A DNA stretch of 64,000 bases from the NCBI GenBank assembly GCA_950097015.1, contig CATNEN010000007.1:11842001-11906000 (forward strand), in the 5' to 3' direction. The translations under genes and the position numbers were made by a program. This document shows positions 12,161 to 24,300 of this stretch, piece after piece (position 1 is the first letter of the stretch; the number at the start of each line of letters is the position of its first letter). The stretch comes from Macrostomum hystrix. Lineage: Eukaryota > Animalia > Platyhelminthes. The notes under the pieces are model-generated. The model did not search any database. It saw only the letters and a program-made list of their open reading frames with translations, and had not been told where the DNA came from.

Positions 12161-13279
12161 AAATAATTTATTATTTTTATTATTCCTAGTAAGCTAAGGT
12201 GCAGAACAATAAGAGCCGTTCTCATGCCACTGTTTTGCACTGTCTCACAGAACTCACCACAGAAGTTCTGCGCTGTGTCTGCTCAATGAATGAACGAGCC
12301 CCAGTGTACACTGCTTTAAAAAATCGGAGATCCCTGTTTGGATTGGCAGTGCTGAGTACAATGTAAATAATTATTCAATAAATAAACAAGGGGAGCTACA
12401 GGCCCAACATTACGGTCAATTAAAGGTCAATAGGTAAGTAGATCGATTAGCCAGGAAAGAATGAGATCAATGACAAATCATTCTGGCCGATGTCCAGAAT
12501 GTCCTACTCTGCCAGCTGTGTCATGCACCGAGCCTGGCGAGGCCATGCTGAGAATGAGGCGGTCTAGTTGTGGTAGCTGTGGAATCTGCTGCCAGTTTGC
12601 TGCCAGCTGACATTGTGCAAGCTGGGGACAATGTTCGCTGCTGATACCTGGCTTCTCAAGGTCTGGCCACATTAACATGCCAATAGACAGAGCTCGTATC
12701 TCAATCCATAGCATCTACCTTGTCAGCCAGCCATGTCATCAGTGCGCCATGTCATTGTTCAGCTGCAGGATGCCAACAGAAAATGTCATCGTGTTGACTG
12801 CTGACAGACGACAGTGCCTTCAAGCAGAAGTTCGCTATAGGAGGCCCAATCCAAATGGCTCCTAGACCTGAACCAAGTTGCAGCCTTAGTTGCTGGCTGG
12901 ACTGCACTTGCCGCAAGCCTGACCATTTCTACGGTGTTCTAAGCAAGAACCGCAAATTGTCTAGCTGTCTGACCAGAGTTTGAGAGTGACATGATAATTA
13001 AGCTGCGTGTGATTCAACATTCAGCCCATACCTCCTTTGAAGCAAAGCTTAGTTCAAACTTTTAAACAGTTATCCATAATTTTATAATTTTCTGGGTGTT
13101 CCGTTTCTTACAAAGACATTGTATGTGACAGATTCAGAAAGCAAATATTATAAGCAAGGATCTTTGAAGGATGCGTTGAAACGGCAAAAATATGCGAAAG
13201 AATCCTAATAAACATTATTTATTGATTTTTTCCGTCCTCTTATTTTATAAATAGTTGGTCCGTCCATCTACATTTCGAG

Positions 13280-13352
13280 GGCCGCGTGGCGCAATGGATA
13301 ACGCGTCTGACTACGGATCAGAAGATTCCAGGTTCGAGTCCTGGCGTGGTCG
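13280..13352 (+). tRNA. tRNA-Arg (anticodon ACG)
   Basis: GGCCGCGTGGCGCAATGGATAACGCGTCTGACTACGGATCAGAAGATTCCAGGTTCGAGTCCTGGCGTGGTCG: 73 nt, full cloverleaf, near-identical to metazoan tRNA-Arg-ACG, followed by a T-run terminator. Confidence 0.97.
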
Positions 13353-14432
13353 CTTGAATAATTTTTGCAATTTCTAGTAGCAAAATTTTACATAAAATTC
13401 TTATTCTGGCGCCACAGAAATTTATTGGCGACAGAATGTAACCGAGCACGATGCAAATTAAGAAGAAGCAATAAAGTGAATGACTTGCTGTATAATACAA
13501 AGCGAGACATTTTTTGAAAGGATTTTATCAATAATTTAAGTTATTTCCTAATAATAAATTGCCAATAAGCACATGGCAACATTTAAAGCCGAAAATTATT
13601 CAGTTATTATTTATTCCCTGAGCAACTCTCTAGGCCCACTACTTCTGCTGACACTGATTCCCGATGCATAATCATAATGCACCGATATGTGTAGAAAAAC
13701 TTTTACTCAGCTAATCTTAGAGTCTTAGAAACAAAAAAAATTGGTAGGGTTAACTTACCTGTAATAAAAATGCTGTAACTGTGCCATGCACATAAGAGAT
13801 GACAAGCACTTTGGGAGTAAAATGTAAAAAACTATTTGAAGACTATGAAAACAAGTTTAGTCTTCACGCTCACAATTAAATCCTTACTAAGTAGTATGAG
13901 TAGCACGTTGTGGGTTCGTCGAGTAATGTAAGCCATAAAAAGAGAAGCATGGCCTGTGGATCAGAAATTAATTCATGATCATACAATTAATATTTTCCTG
14001 TAGCCGAGGTCTAAAATAAGGTTTAGAAGTATAAAATGTTTTTCTGTTCATCTAGATTGTCCTGATAAATACATTTAATGAAAATTCCACATTTTATTGT
14101 AAAGGACTGAAAACCAAAAATCGATGTGATAGTTAAAATTGACTAACTTTTTTCATTTAAAGAGGCCTAATCTCGAGCAGCATTCGAGCCACTGAACAAA
14201 TTTATTTATCGCTTATCAGAAAGGTGTTGAAAATGAATCAGAATCATAATAGACAGCTTGTTAGCTAGTGCAGAATGGCTAAGAGTGTTTGGGGAACTCT
14301 AATTAAAGGGCTCACAGTGTGCTCCCAGTGCCGGGCCAGCCTAAGCGGTTGTAGATTGGATGGCGCTCCGTTTGTTCAACACTTGAGCAATAAAAGCTCA
14401 GTGCTTATAACAGGTTCTAAACAATGTATTAA

Positions 14433-14975
14433 CAGTAGAACTACCAAAGGGGGGGAAATCCCCTGACAATTTTTATGCTGCACCCGAACGGAACGATGCA
14501 AGCACACGAAACTCAAGAACACGGGCCAACTTTTTGTTGCGCATCTTCTGAAACAAGAAACAAGTCGCCAGCTCTTCAGACCGTTGAGATATTCAATGTT
14601 CTGGCCGAAGGTCCGATTTTTCCCATAAGAGCTAGTGTATTTCATACACCCCTATACACGAATTTGCACTGCGCCTCAGTGCGGCCTTTCCAGACCTTCA
14701 AACTTTATCAGCATGTCACCCGAATGTGCTTGCATCATCTCCGACTTCGGCGGTCACCGACCTTTATCTAGACGGAGCTGCTGGACCTTCAACAAGTGGC
14801 ACCAGCCGACTATGGAGTCCCTAAAGCGAATTTCTCTACTTTCGCTGATCAAGCCTCGACATTGGGCAACACTCAACTACTTTACATGCTCCTCTAGTCC
14901 GTAGTTGAGTGTTGGAGGAAAAATCCCCCCCCTTGGTATAAAAACGGGCGGCAAAATGGCTTGGTAGTCCTACTG
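14433..14975. mobile_element. Non-autonomous TIR DNA element (MITE-like) flanked by TTAA
   Basis: Termini CAGTAGAACTACCAA and TTGGTAGTCCTACTG, with TTAA on both sides. Homologous modules occur at 59853-60140 and 51157-51841. Confidence 0.75.
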
Positions 14976-15134
14976 TTAATAGTAAATAAAACTCCAGAAT
15001 TGTTCTCGGTTCTACATAGCCAGCACTGAGGAATTTTTGGTCCGTCCTGAACAAAGGAAGATTCGCGCACTAAAATAAAGCTACAGTTCCAAAAAGCTGA
15101 GTGAAGTGGAGACTGGACACTGGCCAAATCGTGC

Positions 15135-18085
15135 TCAACTGGCGCCCTCAAACTGCACGAGTTCCGCATTCTTGGCCACAGTCTGGCCCTCGGCGAACAG
15201 CACCTTGGCAACGGTCCCTGCCTGCGGCGCCTTCACGACGTACTCCATCTTCATGGCGATCAGCGTCACCAGCGGCTCGCCCTCCTTCACTCCCTGGCCC
15301 TGCGACACCAGCACCTTCTCGATGACGCCGGGCATAGGGGCGCGAACCCCGGACCCAGAGCCGGCTGCCGCGCCGGAGACGGCGCTGCGCCATTTGGCCG
15401 GCGCGATCTGCGGAGGGAAGGAGCTCAGCTGGTCCAATGCCTACTGCTGGTCCCTTAGATGGTCCCAATGCCTACTGCTGGTCCCTTAGCTGGTCCCAAT
15501 GCCTACTGCTGGTCCCTTAGATGGTCCCAATGCCTACTGCTGGTCCCTTAGCTGGTCCCAATGCCTACTGCAGGTCCCTTAGCTGGTCCCAATGCCAACC
15601 ACTGGTCCCTCAGCTGGTCCCAATGCCAACCACTGGTCCCTCAGCTGGTCCCAATGCCTACCACTGGTCCCTCAGCTGGTCCCAATGCCTACCACTGGTC
15701 CCTCAGCTGGTCCCAATGCCTACCACTGGTTTCTCAATTCGCCACAATGCCCGCAGAAAAAGACACACGAAAGCGACCGCACCTGCAGCAGATGGTGGCG
15801 GTCGGCAACGAAAAGGCTCAGCGCCGATCCGTCGGCTTCCAGGAAAACGTCGAAACCGGACAGGCGGCTGCCGGTGTCCGCCTCGGCTTCAGTCGCCGCC
15901 TCGGCCGCCTCCTCGAGGACGATGCGTCGCCGGCCTTGTTCGTCAGGTGCCAGGAGGCGCGCTCGCGCCCGCAGACTCGCATTGCCATTGTCCGCGCCAA
16001 CGGTCAGGAGGCCATCGGGCAAAGCTTCAACAATCAGGCGGGCCTCCTTGGCGGTCTGCCCGTCGCCCAGGCGAAAGTTCACAGCCTCTCGGTGCGCGTG
16101 GTTCAACCGAAAGTCGGCGAGGCTATCGGAAGCGGCAGCCGGCCCGCCGGCTTGTCGGCGCAGCAGGAAGAGGCCGATGGCGGCCAGGGCGAGCTCACGC
16201 GGCCCGGGTGGCGGTGCCGTCAGCAGGCTGTCGCGGTGCTGCTCGATGAAGCCAGTGTGGACGAGGCCAGCAGCAAAGTCCGGGTGGCCGGCCAGGGCCA
16301 GCAGGAAGTCGCGGTTGGTGGGCGGGCCGCAGATCTGGTAGTCGCGCAGGGCGGCCGAGAGGCGCTGCAGAGCGGCGGGCCGGTCGGGGCCCCAGACGAT
16401 CAGCTTGGCGATCATCGGGTCGTAGAATACGCCGATATCGTCGCCTGCGCGAACGCCGCTGTCAACGCGAACAGCGCCAGGCATGGCGGCTGGTGCACAG
16501 AGGTGGCTGACGCGGCCGGCGGTTGGTAGGAAGCCGGCGGGTGTGTCCTCGGCATAGATGCGGGCCTCAAATGCATGCCCGTTTAGCCGAATCTGAGCGG
16601 CGAAGTGGGAGTCAGCGCTTTGGAGACTGGGCTATCAATACGGCTAAGGACTGGGCTATGGATACGGCTAAGGACTGGGCTATGGATACGGCTAAGGACT
16701 GGGCTATGGATACGGCTAAGGACTGGGCTATGGATACGGCTAAGGACTGGGCTATGGATACGGCTAAGGAGCACTGAGTTTGCGAAATGGGATTCGAGTT
16801 TGACAGCGGCAGCCCAGCCGCACCTGTTCCTGGCGCATTGGCAGGGGCTGGCCCTCGGCCACGCGGATCTGCAGCTCCACCAGGTCCACGCCGGTGATCA
16901 TCTCGGAGACCGGGTGCTCCACCTGCAGGCGGGTGTTCATCTCCATGAAGAAGAAGCGTTGCTTGGTGTCCATGATGAACTCGACCGTTCCGGCGCCAAC
17001 GTAGCCGACGGCCGCCGCGGCCCGGCACGCGGCTTCGCCCAGCTGGGCGCGCGTCTCCGGCGAGATGCCCGGCGCCGGTGCCTCCTCAATGACCTTCTGG
17101 TGGCGCCGCTGGACGCTGCAGTCGCGCTCGAAGAAGTACAGGTAGTTTCCGTGCTGGTCACCGAATACCTGCACCTCAACGTGGCGCGGCTGCTCAATGC
17201 ACTGCTCAAGCAGCACATCGTCATTGCCGAATGACTTCAGCGCCTCCCGCCTGGCGCTGTCCAGCTGGGCGCGGAACTCGGACTCGGAGCGGGCGATGCG
17301 CATCCCCTTGCCGCCGCCACCGCGGATGGCCTGCGGGAGGTCAATTGATGATTATTGCCAGTTCAGGGTTCACGAAAACGCCCGCAACAAAAACTCCTTC
17401 ACCCCATCATGGCGCCTTGTCAACTTAAAGTACTTAGCCATAGGTCATTCATTCGACCTAGCGGGTTCAAGGCAAGATTGTACAACAGAGTGCGCACCTT
17501 AATCATCACAGGGAAGCCTATCTTCTTCGCCTGCTCGAGCAGGAACTGCGGCTCCTGATTCTTGCCATGGTAACCAGCGATAACCGGCACCCCAGCCCGC
17601 TCCATAATCTCCTTGGAGGTGTTCTTGATGCCCATGTCGCGAATGGCGCTAGCCGGCGGCCCGATGAAAGCGACGCCGCTGCGGGCGCAGAGCTCGGCGA
17701 ACTCGGTGTTCTCAGACAGGAAGCCGTAGCCAGGGTGGATGGCCTGGGCGCCGGACCGCATGGCAACATCGATCAGGCGGTCACCGCGCAGGTAGCTCTG
17801 GCTGGCGGGCGCCGGGCCGATGCGGTAGGCCTCTGTGGCCAGCCGGACGTGCATCGAGTCCCGGTCGGCGTCACTGTAGACGGAGACGGTCTCGATGCCC
17901 AGTCGTTGGGCGGTGCGGATCACCCGACAGGCGATCTCGCCGCGGTTGGCAACCAGCAGTTTAGAAATGCGCGCTGTTGATGGCATCGGCTGAGGATTGC
18001 AAAGTTCATTTGAGTGAGGTCAGATTTGCTGCGCACTACTTAAAGTAGGGATTACGCTCGTACATGACTTAACACGCTTTATCAT
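15135..18085 (-). CDS. MCCC1: 3-methylcrotonyl-CoA carboxylase alpha subunit (biotin carboxylase + BCCP)
   Basis: Exons: 18085-18056 (inferred, [10 protein letters not shown]), 17989-17498, 17330-16824, 16592-15783 and 15407-15135. Motifs: [77 protein letters not shown] and the biotin site AMKM. Confidence 0.92.
15425..15730. repeat. 31-bp minisatellite in MCCC1 intron
   Basis: GCTGGTCCCAATGCCTACTGCTGGTCCCTTA-type unit, about 10 copies. Confidence 0.95.
16625..16770. repeat. 24-bp minisatellite in MCCC1 intron
   Basis: GGACTGGGCTATGGATACGGCTAA, 6 copies. Confidence 0.95.
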
Positions 18086-18136
18086 TTAGAATACTTATCG
18101 CTAATGATCGCGTTATTAATGAAAATCAGATAATCA

Positions 18137-19530
18137 ACTGGAGACTATCCACTGACACTGGAGACTATCCACTGACACTGGAGACTATCCACTGACACTG
18201 GAGACTATCCACTGACACTGGAGACTGTCCACTGACACTGGAGACTGTCCACTGACACTGGAGATTATCCACTGACACTGGAGACTACCCACTGACACTG
18301 GAGACTATCCACTGACACTGAAGATTATCCACTGACACTGGAGACTGTCCACTGACACTGGAGACTATCCACTGACACTGGAGACTGTCCACTGACACTG
18401 GAGACTATCCACTGACACTGGAGACTATCCACTGACACTGGAGACTATCCACTGACACTGGAGACTATCCACTGACACTGGATCCACTGACACTGGATCC
18501 ACTGACACTGGAGACTATCCACTGATACTGGAGACTATCCACTGACACTGTAGATTATCCACTGACACTGGAGACTACCCACTGACACTGGAGACTATCC
18601 ACTGACACTGGAGATTATCCACTGACACTGGAGACTGTCCACTGACACTGGAGATTATCCACTGATACTGGAGACTGTCCACTGACACTGGAGACTATCC
18701 ACTGACACTGGAGACTATCCACTGACACTGGAGACTATCCACTGACACTGGAGACTATCCACTGATACTGGAGACTATCCACTGACACTGGAGACTATCC
18801 ACTGACACTGGAGACTATCCACTGACACTGGAGACTATCCACTGACACTGGAGACTATCCACTGACACTGGAGACTATCCACTGATACTGGAGACTATCC
18901 ACTGACACTGGAGACTATCCACTGATACTGGAGACTATCCACTGACACTGGAGACTGTCCACTGACACTGGAGATTATCCACTGACACTGGAGACTACCC
19001 ACTGACACTGGAGACTATCCACTGACACTGAAGATTATCCACTGTCACTGGAGACTGTCCACTGACACTGGAGATTATCCACTGACACTGGAGACTGTCC
19101 ACTGACACTGGAGACTATCCACTGACACTGGAGACTATCCACTGACACTGGAGACTATCCACGGACACTGGAGACTATCCACTGACACTGGAGACTATCC
19201 ACTGACACTGGAGACTATCCACTGACACTGGAGACTATCCACTGACACTGGATCCACTGATACTGGAGACTATCCACTGAGACTGGAGACTACCCACTGA
19301 CACTGGAGACTATCCACTGACACTGGAGACTATCCACTGACACTGGAGACTCGTATCCACTGACACTGGAGACTATCCACTGACACTGGGGACTATCCAC
19401 TGACACTGGAGACTATCCACTGACACTGGGGACTATCCACTGACACTGGAGACTATCCACTGACACTGGAGACTATCCACTGACACTGGAGACTATCCAC
19501 TGAGACTGGAGACTATCCACTGACACTGAC
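18137..19530. repeat. 20-bp minisatellite, about 1.4 kb
   Basis: GAGACTATCCACTGACACTG tandem array with occasional shortened units. Confidence 0.98.
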
Positions 19531-20349
19531 ACTCGGACTAATGAAACTGCTTAATCTTGAGAATTTCTATTCAAAAGAAAACAGGGGACATGACAAGTGG
19601 AAGCAAGTTAAATAGTGCAGGAAATCATAAGGTCAGTTTTGGGCACCGAAATACTCAAATATCAAAGAATCACAGAGCGATGCCACACAGTACAAAGAAT
19701 AATGCGATTAATTCGCCCTGAATCTATTGAAAAAAGGTGGCTGCAATCAGAAGTAGTTGCGCAATCTGCTGGGACTCTGTGTCCTCCCACAAATCAAAGG
19801 TTTTAACAAGTACACGAGCAGAACTCCGATTCAAAATAGTGCTCACGAATAAGAAAGCCATCAAATGAACTCATCTGGAATCAATTAGTGATCAGAGCGA
19901 GGGGAAGCACAGTCCAAGCACATACACTGGAATCTTGAGAAAAGACAGTTCTAGAATAATCATAATACTACTATTTTTCACAATCGTTAGTAGTAAGAAA
20001 AGAAGGCAAATTATCAGTAAAAAATAATTACCAAAAGCGGGACGATGATACACAAAAAGCAAATCAAAATGACCGACTGCAGCATCACGGCCTCATTAAT
20101 GCTCTGACTGAAACTGAATCACTTGAATTACTAAAAACATAACTGGAATCAGCTAATGTCTTGATTCGCTTCACAATATTTTCTGGCTACGGTGAGTATT
20201 CGATCAACGTCGATGAGAATTTGCAGGGCGAACTAAAAAACGACAAAACGACAAGTGCAGTCAGTTTCAGATGAAACTATTTGGAATTGAGAGGCTGAAG
20301 CACAATGCATTGCTGATTTATCTCATTATCTAATATAAAACTTTATAAA

Positions 20350-21260
20350 TAGCAATCCAATTCCCCGACCAATGAGGCCAGATTAGCAATCCATCCCATT
20401 CCCTCACCAATGAGGCCAGATTAGCAATCCATCCCATTCCCTCACCAATGAGGCCAGATTAGCAATCCAATTCCCCGACCAATGAGACCAGATTAGCAAT
20501 CCATCCCATTCCCTCACCAATGAGGCCAGATTAGCAATCCATCCCATTCCCTCACCAATGAGACCAGATTAGCAATCCATACCATTCCCTCACCAATGAG
20601 ACCAGATTAGCAATCCATCCCATTCCCTCACCAATGAGGCCAGATTAGCAATCCATCCCATTCCCTCACCAATGAGACCAGATTAGCAATCCATCCCATT
20701 CCCTCACCAATGAGGCCAGATTAGCAATCCATCCCATTCCCTCACCAATGAGGCCAGATTAGCAATCCAATTCCCCGACCAATGAGGCCAGATTAGCAAT
20801 CCATCCCATTCCCTCACCAATGAGGCCAGATTAGCAATCCATCCCATTCCCTCACCAATGAGGCCAGATTAGCAATCCATCCCATTCCCTCACCAATGAG
20901 ACCAGATTAGCAATCCATCCCATTCCCTCACCAATGAGACCAGATTAGCAATCCATCCCATTCCCTCACCAATGAGGCCAGATTAGCAATCCATCCCATT
21001 CCCTCACTAATGAGACCAGATTAGCAATCCATCCCATTCCCTCACCAATGAGACCAGATTAGCAATCCATCCCATTCCCTCACCAATGAGACCAGATTAG
21101 CATATCCATCCCATTCCCTCACCAATGAGACCAGATTAGCAATCCATCCCATTCCCTCACCAATGAGGCCAGATTAGCAATCCATACCATTCCCTCACCA
21201 ATGAGACCAGATTAGCAATCCATCCCATTCCCTCACTAATGAGACCAGATTAGCAATCCA
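20350..21260. repeat. 38-bp minisatellite between MROH1 and MCCC1
   Basis: CAATGAGGCCAGATTAGCAATCCATCCCATTCCCTCAC tandem array. Confidence 0.98.
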
Positions 21261-21389
21261 TTGGGCCAAATCAGGTCAATCATCCGTGCTATTGTTTTAT
21301 CAGTGCGAAAGAGAACAATCTGATTGTGAACGGTCAGATCTTTTGCGTTTTCTATTGCGGCAGCCCGGAGGCTCCAGCAGAAGCTTCTG

Positions 21390-24300
21390 TCAGTATCCAT
21401 GCAGCTGGCTCAGCGCCTGGGCTGCTCCAATCCTCACGGAGGCGGCGGGATCTTTCAGCAGGGACTCCAGGCAGGCGCAGACATGCTCAGCGCTGACGGA
21501 CTGGGAGCGGAGGGCGGCCTCCGTGCAGTTGAGCAGCAGGCAGCCGGAGAGCAACGCGGCGGCTGCCCGCAGCTCCGGCCAGGCGGAGCGGAAGTAGGCC
21601 AGGCAGGCGGCGGCGTAGGCGGGCACCCGGTCCGGCTGGGCGTGACGGCAGACGTCGTGAGCGGCCTCGCCGGGGTGCCAGCAGCCGGGCCGCAGGTGCC
21701 GCTCGAGGGCCTCGGACAGGCCAGGCGCCCGCAGCAGCGGCAGCAGGACGGACAGGGCGCGCCTGGCCTCCGCGGCAGCGGCATCGTCTGGGTCGGAGCT
21801 GTGCAGCAGCAGCGGCACCAGGCTGCTCTGCGCCTGCTCGGTCAGCACCGCCTCCGAGGGCCCTGGGCGGGGTGAGTCATGGAAGCTTGAGCTCTGTGCG
21901 ACAAATTTTGAGTCCATGCGCCTTCATACTCCTAGTAGAACAGCCCCCAAGAGTTTAAAGCACAGATGGATAGATAGAAATAGCAGCTGACACAGTGGGG
22001 CCAGATGTACAGCCAGTGGCACAGCCTCAGTGATTCAAGTTCAGTGCCTATTAAACAGCTGCTCAGTCCATGCATTGAGTGCAACTATGGTACCAAATTT
22101 GATGACTATCACTTCCCAGTAAGGAGCCGCAAGCTCTAACCCCGTGGGTGCAACCTGTCTTAGATCCAGCATATGAAATGAAAATCCAGAACCGCACCAG
22201 TAGCGAACTGCTGCGGCGAGCAGAAGGCGGCCAGCAGGGAGAACGCGGCCCGCCTCAGGTCGGCCGCCTCGCGCTCGAAGCAGGCCCGCGTGCGCAGGCA
22301 GACGTTGACGAGGATGGGACGCAGGTCCGGCTCAGCCAGGCAGCCCAGCAGGCAAGACATGGCGGCCATGGCAGCAGCGCAGACAGCGTCGTCACGATCG
22401 TCGATGCCGTTGAGGCAGGCGGACAGCAGGGAGGTTGCGTGAGCGCGGGCGCAGCGCGGTGCCACGGCCGACAAGGCGCGGAGGGCGGCGCGCCGAACGC
22501 TGGCCGAAGGGTCGGCGAGTCGGGTGAGCAGGGCGGACACGAGGTTGTCGCTGCCAGACGGGTCAGCGGGCAGCAGCTGCTCGGCCAGCAGGCAGGCGGT
22601 CAGCCGGTGGCACTCGTGCGCCGCCTGGACGTGTCCGAGAGCTCCGGAGCAGAGTTCCGCGGCCGCCTGAGGCCGACAGCGCAGCGCCCCGGCTAGCAGG
22701 GCGGACATGGCCGCCTGCCATTCCCCGTTGCGTTTCAGCTCCGACCAGGCGACGTCTTCGAGCACTTCGTGGCAGCCGGCGCCGGCCAGGAAGCGGCGCA
22801 GGGCCAGCTGGGCGGCCTCCGGGTTGGCGCCGCTGTCCACGATGCAATGGACGCTAGCGGACAGGCAGAGGGCCAGCAGCAGGCGGTAGAACTGGCCGAG
22901 CACCGCATCGGCTGAGCACTCCGGCTCCGACAAGATGCCGATAGCCGTCACCGCCGCCTGCGGCAGCTTTGTAGCTGCCTTCCGGCTGTCGGCCTTCTCT
23001 TCGTAGGGCAGGGCGCTGGCCAGTGTGTCCAGCAGAGTGGCTGTGAGTAGTATGGCGCGGTTATAAGGTTTGTTTCTACTGCAAGTACTAAAATAGCAGC
23101 AGAACTCACTTAAGCACTTGTGCGCATCGACACTGGCAAGCTGGTGCCAGAGCTCCCGGTCCGTCTCAGGCCAGGGAAGGTCTTTGTGAAGCAGGCAGTT
23201 CAGCACGGGCAGCAGGTGGTGCTGGCAGAGGGAGCGGACGGCCCGCAGCAGGCCGGTCCTGGCCGGCACGTCCCGGTCCAGACGGGTCAGCGCGGCGCCC
23301 ATGAGGCCGACCAAGCTGTCCACCTCGTTGTATAGCTCGGCTCCACGCGACTTCACGGCGTAGCCAAGCAGCACGCAGGCCGCGCTGGCGCAGTCGGTGC
23401 GCGGCTCTCGCAGGCCGTCAACGCTAGCCGTCACCAGGCTGGCCAGCTGCGACCGCGGCTCAAGCACCCGCAGCGCCAGCTTGCCAACGTCCGACACTGC
23501 CTGAAACATCACGTTGCTGTCCGAGCGGTGCAGACGCTCCGAGATCACCGACACCGCGCCGGACACGCTCAACGACTCTTCCTGATCTGCGCACACAGGA
23601 GGGCAGGCGATGGAACGCGGTTCACTGTGCTCAGCTATGCCCTGTGCTCAGCTATGCCCTGTGCTCAGCTATGCCCTGTGCTCAGCTATGCCCTGTGCTC
23701 AGCTATGCCCTGTGCTCAGCTATGCCCTGTGCTCAGCTATGCCCTGTGCTCAGCTATGCCCTGTGCTCAGCTATGCCCTGTGCTCAGCTATGCCCTGTGC
23801 TCAGCTATGCCCTGTGCTCAGCTATGCCCTGTGCTCAGCTATGCCCTGTGCTCAGCTATGCCCTGTGCTCAGCTATGCCCTGTGCTCAGCTATGCCCTGT
23901 GCTCAGCTATGCCCTGTGCTCAGCTATGCCCTGTGCTCAGCTATGCCCTGTGCTCAGCTATGCCCTGTGCTCAGCTATGCCCTGTGCTCAGCTTTGCCCT
24001 GTGCTCAGCTTTGCCCTGTGCTCAGCTTTGCCCTGTGCTCAGGCCAAGATTGCTACCCAGTCGCAGGTACCAACCGTAGTAGATGAGGCTGAGCTTCAGC
24101 AGCAGTTCGATGCAGCGCAGGCCCAGCTCGCGCATCGGGATGGCCGGATCCGTCACCCGGGGCACCAGGCCGCCAACCAGGCTGCCCAAGTCGGGGTCCC
24201 GTGACACCGGCTTTGCGGGCTGTGGGGCGGGTTGTTGATGTCATACAGCTAGCTGAACAGAAGTCTAGAATACGATTCAGGCTCAGAGTTACAGATTCTG

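Noticed and set aside
12480-12870. Possible minus-strand RTE LINE 3' relic (LLLEGTV...)
   Set aside because: Only a faint motif resemblance; not supportable without a search.
15781-17497. Repeated GTGCG donors suggesting introner elements
   Set aside because: The introns share no internal sequence with each other; GTGCG is an accepted donor variant in GC-rich genes.
15521-17980. Long plus-strand ORFs antisense to MCCC1 (also over MROH1 and tubulin)
   Set aside because: These are shadow ORFs caused by high GC3 in the true coding strand.
19885-20085. Minus-strand two-exon micro-ORF MLQSVILICFLCIIVPLL|NCLFSRFQCMCLDCASPRSDH
   Set aside because: Splice sites are plausible, but it is only 39 aa with no homology evidence. 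As MCCC1 exon 1 it would not resemble a mitochondrial presequence.
18137-21260. Possible CRISPR-like arrays
   Set aside because: The repeats are head-to-tail with no unique spacers, the context is eukaryotic, and there are no cas genes.
23528-24204. Cys-rich repetitive ORFs ([17 protein letters not shown]...)
   Set aside because: These are translations of a 17-bp intronic minisatellite; they are open in all three frames only because the unit lacks stop codons.
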